Assembly: GCA_964016885.1 (NCBI GenBank)
Contig: OZ024742.1
Coordinates: forward strand, 328,538,001 to 328,602,000
Source: Eledone cirrhosa
Taxonomy: Eukaryota
Direction of reading: 5' to 3'
Length of the DNA stretch: 64,000 nucleotides
The notes beneath the pieces are model-generated. The model was not told where the DNA came from, did not search any database, and saw only the letters and a program-made list of their open reading frames with translations. The translations under genes and the position numbers were made by a program. Each line of letters opens with the position of its first letter. Position 1 is the stretch's first letter. Of the stretch, positions 54,004-64,000 are shown one piece after another.

Positions 54004-54077
54004 CAAGTAAGAGGCATGTTCAGCTAAGTACTCGATTCTTGGGAGAGTAGAGTGTATCTGTAGTGAAAAGTTGGTTT

Positions 54078-54172
54078 AGGCAACGACCGAACTCAAGCCG
54101 TTTCAACGACGAATAGAAAACTGAATTATTTGTTCTATTTCGGCTATTTGAATAGGCTGGTTCGTCAGGGGC
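54078..54172 (-). ncRNA. Degenerate hammerhead motif of a diverged relative
   Basis: Reverse complement: ccc-CTGACGA-long stem II-GAAA-cggc..gtcg-TT; stem I is not paired. Confidence 0.45.
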
Positions 54173-54542
54173 AGATCAGTATGGGGTAAATGGAGAAAAG
54201 AGTATGTTGCGATGACCGTGTGCGGGCGCTTTCCTTTATGTATTAATTACATAACCCCTTAATTATATGTGTATGGATGCGGCCTTTCTGTTGTTTTGAT
54301 TTATTGATATGCCCTCAACTGATGGCATTACTGTTGCATACCGGTTATTACAGAAATATATATAACAGTGATTATGTATAAATGACGTGAATTATAACAC
54401 TTTGACTTGTACTTCATGTTTATTATTATACTCCGAAATAAACATACCAGCTTGCGTACTTCGTTGCATGCTCTACCCTGCATACAAACAAAAGTGTCGG
54501 TGATAAACGAAAACATACTGTAATTAATATTATATATATATA

Positions 54543-54897
54543 TGTAGGAGGTGAGTTTTAGTGTAGCGCAATAATGTAATGCAAATATCGGATAAATAGC
54601 ACTCAACAATTTATAAGACTGGAGTATAAATAATATAAAATCAAAAGATGGTTAAGAGTTCCATGTATTTTATTATGCGCATTTCAAAAACAAATTTCAT
54701 CATGGGATGATATTTGCGTCCTCATCAGATAAAATACGGAGACATGATATGGTCGCAAGTGTTTTTTAAGTTCCATATCATGTCTCCATATTTTATCTGA
54801 TGAGAACGCAAATATCATCCCATGATGATATTTGTTTTTGAAATGCGCATAATAAAATACATGGAACTCTTTTAATCATCTTTTGATTTTATATTAT
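54543..54897. mobile_element. PLE fold-back with HHRs at 54666-54736 (-) and 54789-54859 (+)
   Basis: Inverted arms ~54630-54751 / 54772-54897; the tail is related to 25678-25746. Confidence 0.8.
54789..54859 (+). ncRNA. Type I hammerhead ribozyme
   Basis: tattttat-CTGATGA-gaacg caaatatcatc ccat gatgatatttg ttttt-GAAA-tgcgca-TA-ataaaata. Confidence 0.85.
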
Positions 54898-55094
54898 ATA
54901 TATATATTAGATATAGGATTATCCTAGATGTAGTAATGGTTAATTACTACACTGGATATGGTTGACGTTCGGTGAGAGGTTACTCAACGAGTTATGGAAG
55001 AATTGTTGAATAAACTTAGTTCCTGATCCTTCTGTATTCCGGAGTGTAGATAAAGAATGAATAATAACATGATGTCTACCTGTTATTATTCATT

Positions 55095-55142
<48 letters not shown>

Positions 55143-55835
55143 GCAGAAAGCCATACAATGCAAGTGGGTTCAATGACCAAGGCGATTCAGAAGGTAATTG
55201 ATAGATTTGAAGTAGAAAGCAAAAGTGGGAGAAGAAAAATAAGGTAAGTTTTAGTCATTCTTTTTTTCAGTTATTTTCCTTCTTCTCCCAACTTTGCTCT
55301 CTAACTCAATGTTCACAGTTCCTCTCTGACTTATTACCTTGGTTATCTAACCCATCTGCATTGTACTGCTTTCTAAACACACTTTCATATTCCGAAATGC
55401 TTCAAACAACCTATCACGCCATATACATACATACATACATACAAACATAACGCACCAGAGTACTCAATACATAGAGTAGTAGAGTGGGAAATAGGAAAAA
55501 GTAGTATGTATATATATACACACATATATATGCACGTATCGGTTTACCGAACATTTATTATAATGTTCGGTTTGTTTGTTTGTAAACAAACAAACAACCC
55601 GAATTACGCCGTACAGTGTTTAGGCAACCACGTCACCTTTTTGTTCAACACTGACACATGAAGGATGTAATAGTTTCAAGCTTATTAGCTATCGTCAGCA
55701 TCGTATACCTTCCTGCCAGATGGTTGAACGTCTGAAAGTATATACTTTCCTTATGCATATTAACGGCTGAGCAGCCTAATTTGCATATCGAGTGAGTTCA
55801 GTCGGCCGGGCACACCGAAAACGATAAATGGAATA

Positions 55836-55894
<59 letters not shown>

Positions 55895-55897
55895 TAG

Positions 55898-55930
<33 letters not shown>

Positions 55931-56228
55931 CTGTATATATATAAATATATATATATATATAAGGGGCAGTGCAGTACAGACAGGTAAATGTATTCACTCA
56001 AATTGTTGCATTTATTCCCAGATACTGAAATAATAGAATAATTATGTTTCTCTTATGCTTTTGAGAAAAGTTCACATCGAGTTCGTATGTACATAAAAAA
56101 TCGATTTTGCCAATTAAATGTATATATATTGTATTTAAAGAATTTCGAGAGAATAAAAAAAAAGAAAAACCAATTGACTCAATGAAGACAGTATATATAT
56201 TGACTATTCAGAGGTGTGTAATCGTATG

Positions 56229-56375
<147 letters not shown>

Positions 56376-56695
56376 GTGTGTCTATATTTTATTTTGATAA
56401 ATTGTTACATAGTCCATAGTATATATATGTAAATATATATACAGGGTGTCCCAAAAATGTATGCACCCTGTGATTAGAATGGTGATGAAGTGTCGATACA
56501 TTTATAGGGCACACACTGTATAATTACATGCAGACAGCCACACACACACATACACACACACATACACGCACACATATATATATATGTCTATATATTCATA
56601 TATATGTATATATATATATTTATATATACATGCACACACATATATGTATATATACATACATATATATGTATATATACATACATATATATGTATAT

Positions 56696-56780
<85 letters not shown>

Positions 56781-56785
56781 TATAC

Positions 56786-56819
<34 letters not shown>

Positions 56820-56824
<5 letters not shown>

Positions 56825-57007
56825 TGAGATTCTACAGGACTAGAACTGTTTCATTCTTTAGAAATCGTCAGCGATTACTGATGATTTCTAAAGAATGAAA
56901 CAGTTCTAGTCCTGTAGAATCTCATCTATATTAAAACTTTTATACTCTGCTATGCATTGAGTACCTTACTTACTGTGGTTACCTCCGATTCAACCCGGAA
57001 TAACTTA

Positions 57008-57010
<3 letters not shown>
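56820..57010 (+). mobile_element. PLE fold-back fragment with HHR at 56873-56921
   Basis: gatta-CTGATGA-tttc taaa gaat-GAAA-cag..ctg-TA-gaatc; palindrome at 56820-56930; (TA)n on both sides. Confidence 0.8.
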
Positions 57011-57071
<61 letters not shown>

Positions 57072-57476
57072 CACTGTGCCCCAGAAACCTATCACAGGAA
57101 AAACTTTGAAGATGTCATGCAGTACACTCTGGTGTATTGGCATGTTGTTGTTTATTGAACTGTAATACCTCAATACTTCAAATGTCTTTCAATAAAAAGC
57201 TTTCATTTCTTATATACTAGCAACAACTCTACAGAAGTGATTGGAATATCTTAGATGCAGTTATGTTCTATTCAATGTATTATCATTTTCATGTTTTCGT
57301 CATAGTAAGGACGTTGGGATGGGAATTGATTCATTGGTGCCTAACTTACTGTACTTGTTATTCTTCACATTGTGGTACGGGATTCTGTGATTTTGTAAAT
57401 GCAACAACAACAATGACTGACATTAATATAGGAAAATAGAAAGAAAATGTTAAAATTAGAGCAAAGACGGGAAAAG

Positions 57477-57528
<52 letters not shown>

Positions 57529-57828
57529 CTGTGTCTGTGTGTATATATATATATATATATACCATTTATCATTGAATATATACATACGTGTGACGCATAT
57601 GCATTCATATATTCCCAGACGTGTACACACGAACACATAGTCTCACACACACACACACACATGCATTTCTCTCAGTATCTCCCTCTCTCTCATCACCTCT
57701 CTTTCTCTATATCTCTCTCCCTGTATCTCCCGGTCTCTCTCTATATATCTATATGTGTGTGTGTGTGTGTGTGCGCGCGTGTCTATAGGCGAAGGTTGTG
57801 CACAAATACAATCACACACACATGTATA

Positions 57829-57872
<44 letters not shown>

Positions 57873-58461
57873 CGCGCGCGCGCGCGTGTGTGTCAATAGA
57901 CGCATGTCGTGCACAAATACATACACACACACACACACACTCACACATGCACATACACACACACACGCACACATGCACATACACACCTACACGCGCGCAC
58001 ACATACACACACATATGCACACATCCACACAAGTAGACTTACAAAGATATGACTCCCACCATTCATTGGACGAGATGAAGTGATGAGAATGTATGAGGAG
58101 AAAATCAGGAAATAGTTTCGAAAACGACCTAATGAGATGACAACAAAGTTTTGTCTAATATTTGACTACTATGGTGAAGACGGTGTGTAGGACAGCAGGG
58201 TGTGTGATTTATTTATCTATCTGTTTATTTTATTTTCTTAGGTGGGGGCTATACACATTCGAACCAATTTTGTCTATTGTGAATTTTTCTTTGAAAATGT
58301 TATCTGGTGCAAGTATTGATATGTATTAATAGAAATAGAGGTTGATGCACTCAGATAAACAGCAGTCACCATAACAATGACATTAACATCAACAACAACA
58401 ATAACAAAAACAAACTGTAATATATTTTTTCTCTCTCTCTCTCTCTTCCTCCCCTCTCTCT

Positions 58462-58518
<57 letters not shown>

Positions 58519-58789
58519 CATGTGAATCAGGATGGATTCAGTTTATATCTGGTTAGACAATTACTCAACAGAGTACTCGATACTTAGCGTATGGTTATAT
58601 TATAAAGAATCTGAACCTGACGGCTCATCCCTTGCCGTTTAAATTTCGGGTCCAGAATCTTTATAATATATATAAATATATATATATGTGTGTGTGTGTG
58701 CGTGTGTGTGTAGTTCAAAAGAACAAACAAACGCAGGAATCAGTTGTATATAGTTGTATTAGGCTCCCGCTTGGTGAGAGTGGGGGAGG

Positions 58790-58825
58790 TTTCGACGTGT
58801 CGGACATAAGTCCTTCATCAGGAAA
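58790..58825 (-). ncRNA. Minimal hammerhead motif, core mutated (GACA for GAAA)
   Basis: Reverse complement: tttc-CTGATGA-a-ggac ttat gtcc-GACA-cg-TC-gaaa. Confidence 0.55.
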
Positions 58826-59393
58826 TTAGAGATGAAAATAGAGGGAATTTAACAGTGTGTGTGTGTGTGTATATATACAACAATATTCTGATACTATTAC
58901 TACGACGTCTACAGCGATAGAAAACAGCCGAAACAACAAGAGTATTCCGAAATACACTGAATCATGCACAAAACAACAACCACATCGAAAACAACAACAA
59001 AAACAGCAGCAACAACAACAAAAGTTGCACCGCGAGAAAAAAAACGAAAAAAAAAACTAAAAACCACTAAAATAAGACTCCGGCAAATCATTGCATGTAT
59101 AATTAAACTTATTTTTCCATAAACATCATATGTGCAACATTTGCAGCTGCACAGAGTATGTTGTTTGAATAATGGTGGTGAGGTGATGGTTTGTTTAAAG
59201 TTCACAGGTTCGTCGAGTATCGTCTGGTATGGCGGCGTGTAGCACTAAGATGTTGAGTTTGAAATATTTGGTCGCATATATGTACATGGAGAAACGATTG
59301 AGCTGTACAAACTGACATACAGACAAATAGACACAGGTTGGCAGACAGACTGACAGGCAGATTGACAGACAGCCGCCCAGGCAGCCGGATATA

Positions 59394-59578
59394 GTTGTTT
59401 CTACTTTTGGCACAAGGCCAGCAATCACCACCAGTGCATTACTGGTACTTTATTTTATGGCCCCCGTAAGGATGAAAGGCAAAGTTAACCTCGGCGGGAT
59501 TTGAACTCAGAATGGCAATGATCGTAACTCTATGCGTCAAAGCATAGCGCCCGACCCTCTACCTATACTGCCCAATCC
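59394..59578 (-). mobile_element. SINE family B
   Basis: Reverse complement of the 32207-32389 subtype; TSD cagccggata. Confidence 0.9.
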
Positions 59579-59814
59579 ACAGCCGGATAAATATAGTGAC
59601 AGACAGACAGTGAGAGACGGGAAAGAAGGGTGTCAGAGAGAGAATCCCCCAGACTGGTACACCGACAGACAGATGGACAGACAGGCAGTCAGACATAAAG
59701 AATATCGGACAGGCATAATGAGAGATACATACATGCGTTCATGTGTATGTATGTATGTATGTATGTATGTATGTATGTATGTATGTATGTATGTATGTAT
59801 GTCAGGTCAGCAGT

Positions 59815-60397
59815 TGGTGTTACTGGTAACATGTATCCCAGTACAACCTGTCCCATGGTCGGGTCGTTGGCGACTAAACTGGCAACCCCACCAAGGTTTC
59901 TTGGTGAGGAGGGTAACTTTGGACATCCTGCGGGACTAAAAACAAAACCTGTCAAAGGGCAAATGAGCTCTTAAGAATCAATGGCCATCCAAAATCACTG
60001 GGAGAGATGACCCCTTAGCCTTTGTCCAGGCAGAATTCTAGAAGGAAAACTCTGATATAACACATGCAACTCTGATGGTATCTAATGATGTTGACGTGTT
60101 CTTCTTTTTGGTAAATATCATCTTGGTTAAGAGAGTGGGACTGGCTTTGTGCAGTGCCTTTGCTCACTATAAAAGCTTAACGGCACAGGCATTTCTTTAT
60201 ATCTCTGCACTTCTCGTCACATGGTACCATGGGCCCAGCACTATGTGTTAATAATTGTCACAAGTGTAGTGTTTGTACCAGGGTTTTCAAGTCGCTGGCT
60301 GGATTAAAAAGTCACACTTGTTCAGCGCATCGGTAGGGGTTCTCATACATGGATATAAAGTAGTGGCCGTACTCGAAAACGAGTTGGCAGCCACCAT
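59815..60397 (+). mobile_element. Non-coding interspersed repeat (LINE 5' UTR-like); further copies at 60766-61258 and 63080-63490
   Basis: Shared ggcaaccccaccaag..gaggagggt..aaacaaaacctgtcaaagg; flanked by (TATG)n. Confidence 0.6.
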
Positions 60398-60410
60398 GTA
60401 TGTATGTATG

Positions 60411-60745
60411 TTATCTCTATCTCTTAATTTCGAGTATATTTTTGACCGGCCACCTTCCTGGTGGCAAGGTTGTAAAAGAAAAGAAATTGTCATCCCTTGA
60501 ATTGCAAGAATGTTTTGCAAATTTTGAAGGTGACAGCTATCGCCGCCATTTGTAGACTATGAATTAGGGAGCTACGCTCTTTGTCCGAAAATCCAAGTTC
60601 AGTCATACATTGGTCCAAGCGCGTTGGTATATAACCCGTAGCTCCAATAATGATGGGTATGAAGCTAAAGGTGTATCTTGGATACTGGAATTGTAAACTC
60701 CTCATCAATAGTCCGTAGATGTCCTCCTTCTCCTGTATTTTTCAT
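60411..60745 (-). mobile_element. R4/Dong-type LINE 3' end (restriction-like endonuclease C-terminus)
   Basis: KIQEKEDIYGLL...FIPIIIGATG...LQ.....KICKTFLQF; (CATA)n tail. Confidence 0.75.
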
Positions 60746-61870
60746 ATGTATGCATGCATGTATGTATCCTGCAGGTCTAAAAACAAAACCTGTCAAAGGC
60801 CAAAGAGCAAAGGAGCTCTTAAGAGTCAATGGCCATCCAAAATCAGCGGGAGAGATGACCCCTTAGCCTTTGTCAAGGTAGAATTCTAAGAGAAGGAAAA
60901 CTCTGATATAACACCTGCAACCCTGATGGTATCCAATGATGTTGACTTGTTATTCTTTTTGGTAAATATCATCTTGGTTAAGAGAGTGGGACTGGCTTTG
61001 TGCAGTGCCTTTGCTCACTATAAAAGCTTCACGGCACAGGCATTGCTTTATATCTGGAGATCTCTCTGCACTTGTCGTTACATGGTACCATGGGCCCAGC
61101 ACTATGTGTCAATAATTGTCACAAGTGTAGTGTTTGTACCAGAGTTTTCAAGTCGCTGGCTGGACTAAAAAGTCACACTCGTTCAGCGCATCGGTGGGGG
61201 TTCTCCTACATGGATATAAAGTAGTGGCCGTACTCGAAAACGAGTTGGCAGCCACCATGTATGTATGTATATATGTATGTATGTATACATGTATGCATGT
61301 AAGTATGTATGTACGTATATTAGTATGTATGTATATATTTATGTATGTATGTAAAAATATATACATGTAAACATGTATGTATGTTTGCATATATATATGC
61401 ATACCTGTATGTTTGTTTGTATGTATGTATGTTTCAATGTGTGTATGTATTATGCGTGTATGTTATATTTATAATGTTTTTGAATTTCTCACTAAGAGAG
61501 AAAAATAATCAATTTCTCATGTACAAGCAATCTAATTATCATATGGCTGTCTGCTTGTGTTTTTGTGTGCAGGTGGGTAAGTCATTGCATGTGTGGAGCT
61601 ATATGTTTTGGATCATTTATATGCGAATATAAATATATTTCTATATCTATAAGTGTTAATATGAAGTTATTACATGATATGTTCACACATATTTTACATA
61701 ATTTTACAGTTCCATAATTGGAATTAACTTGTAATTTCGTACTTAGCAAATCTCTCTCTAGCTGGATGAAACTTAGCTTCTCAGTATTTATTCCGAGGCC
61801 TAATGTAATATATCCAAATGCCGCAATGATCATCGATGCAAATCTAACGCTTTTGCCAGGAGTTAGTAAC

Positions 61871-62052
61871 TGATGGGTTGACAGAATCGGTGGAACATCA
61901 GACACCATGCTTTGTAGCTTTACGTTCTGATTTCAAATCTTGCCGAGGTTAGCTTTGCCTTTCATAAAGTACCAGTAATATACTGAGGTCCACATAATCG
62001 ACTTTCCCCTTCCCTAAAAAAATATTGGTCTTGTGCCTGAATCAGAAACCAT
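61871..62052 (+). mobile_element. Old SINE related to family B
   Basis: ttgacagaatcggtgga..ttcaaatcttgccgaggttagctttgcctttcat..ttgtgcct. Confidence 0.7.
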
Positions 62053-62124
62053 TATTTCCTCATATATATTCGTCTTTTCACACTCGTCATATATATTCTC
62101 CTTTAACACTATATATACATGTGC

Positions 62125-62400
62125 TGAGTGCAATGTCAACTCTGGATGTCGGTGAGCATGTCCAGCTAACCCCAGTCTCCTCTGTGTCACTTTTGAGCTG
62201 ACGTTTGGGAGGCTCCCATACAGCCCTGAGCTTTACATCCTCAGTGTATACTGATTAATGTTCAGAGCCATCCTCACCATTCTCGTGTAGCACCCATCCA
62301 CCATCTGAGTGAGTTTCTTGGTCAGTGTCCAAGTCTCAGACCCGTACAGTAGCACAGACTCCACTACAGCAATCAAGAGGTGGATTTTCAGATATTTTGT
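62125..62400 (-). pseudogene. RTE LINE fragment (post-RT region)
   Basis: KIHLLIAVVESVLLYGSETWTLT....VDGCYTRMVRMALNI. Confidence 0.8.
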
Positions 62401-63001
62401 TTTAGTCTCATTCATTCTCAGCTCCACACTCATCGACACAGTCTCAACCTCCTGCATCAAATCCTCTACATGGACACACTGGAAGAGGACGACCAAGGAG
62501 CCCGAAGGACAGACACTGGTCTGTTGGAGACATGGCAGCAATAATGAGGGACAGAGACCGCTGGAGAGAACTCGTCCGTGGATCTCGGGAAGTTTACCCG
62601 CCCTAGAAATACATGTACTACGTAGCTGATTTCCAATAGTGTGTCTGCCTTCTTTTCTATCTCACATCGTTATGTCTTGCCTATAATATTTACAATTTAT
62701 AGGGGTCTTGATAATAACATTCCATCAATACTATTTTATATGTTTGAGTATGCCCTACATATCATTGTGATGTTTGACATATTATCTTCAGTACTATCTT
62801 TTCTCCGGATTAAATTAAATAGTGTTTTAGCCATTACATCATGCCCCATGAGCAAATAGTGCCGGGATGAATTCTTCGAACAGCTGCTTAAGATTGGTGA
62901 CATCCATCAGACATTGCAAAATAGAGTTCTTTACTGCTGCTCTACACCCCGTTATTTTCGATGGATACTATGTATTTATGTATGTATGTATACATACATA
63001 C

Positions 63002-63067
<66 letters not shown>

Positions 63068-63706
63068 ATGTGTGTGTGTGTGTTACTGGTAACATGTAAC
63101 CCTGTACAACCTGTCTCATGGTAAGGTCGTCGACGACGACTATACCGGCAACCCCACCAAGCTTGCTTGATGAGGAGGGTAATATTTGGTGGACACTCTG
63201 CGAGATGAAATACAAGACCCGGCAAAGGGCGGAAGAACAAAGTCAACGGCCATTCAAATAGTACTTTCTTTTCTACCTGGGAGTGAAAGGCCCCCAGAGG
63301 GAAACTTTGAAAGAAAAAAAAAATGCGGCTTCGGAAGCATCCGATGATGTTGACAAGTTCTCCTTTTCGGGTAGTGTTTTCGATGCTCAGAGAGTGGGAT
63401 TGGTCGAGTGAAAGGCCTTTCCCCACTTAAAAAAGACCTTCAAAGCACAGGCATTGGTTGTTCAGGATCTGTTACAAGCGATTGCAATACTCTTAGCAGA
63501 GTCTGCAGCCATCATATACATATATATATATATATATATATATTGTTATACTTTGGGAGGGTCATGTTGCCAATAAGAAACACACGCACCAGTTGCTTTC
63601 ACTTCAATTTATTATATATTTATATAATAAATCTACAAACTTATAACAATATCGGTTTCAACACACGATTTCAGATAAAGAATCTTGCTAAACAAATTCA
63701 GAAACG

Positions 63707-63846
<140 letters not shown>

Positions 63847-64000
63847 TGTGTCTGTATGTCTGTGTGTGTAGGGAAATATTAGAGAAAAACTGAAGATGTA
63901 TGCGTTTTTTTCTATATACTTGCAAATTTACACAACGTAAACAAATTAGTTTATATGAAATAGATTATAGTTTTTATACTCAAACACACACACATACATA

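Noticed and set aside
56441-56472. tacagggtg...caccctgt mini Tc1/mariner remnant
   Set aside because: Too short to call.
59926-61265. ~480-bp duplication around the Dong fragment as a giant TSD
   Set aside because: The copies differ by many substitutions and indels; more likely separate insertions or an old duplication.

Overview
AT-rich, microsatellite-dense animal DNA that looks intergenic or intronic. The SINE families and repeat landscape resemble a coleoid cephalopod (Octopus-like); this is inference. I found no convincing host exon. The window is almost entirely mobile elements: (i) a full-length CR1-group LINE with intact ORFs and a 10-bp TSD (36396-41765, -), whose ORF1/ORF2 junction has an in-phase G GGA AAC -1 slippery site and a downstream RNA structure; (ii) a decayed full-length Tx1/L1-type LINE and two 5'-truncated copies, all inside (ATCT)n tracts; (iii) many Penelope-like element (PLE) fragments in (TA)n tracts, often fold-backs, carrying type I hammerhead ribozyme (HHR) motifs, including one intron-containing and one apparently spliced copy of the same pLTR; (iv) two related non-coding tandem arrays (~550-bp and ~520-bp units, 46207-49812) with one HHR per unit and compensatory base changes, i.e. 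retrozyme-like candidates for circular RNA, the most striking system here; (v) tRNA-derived SINEs, RTE and R4/Dong fragments, mariner/hAT relics and MITEs. There is one 200-N gap. All RNA structures were folded by eye and need covariance-model and biochemical confirmation.
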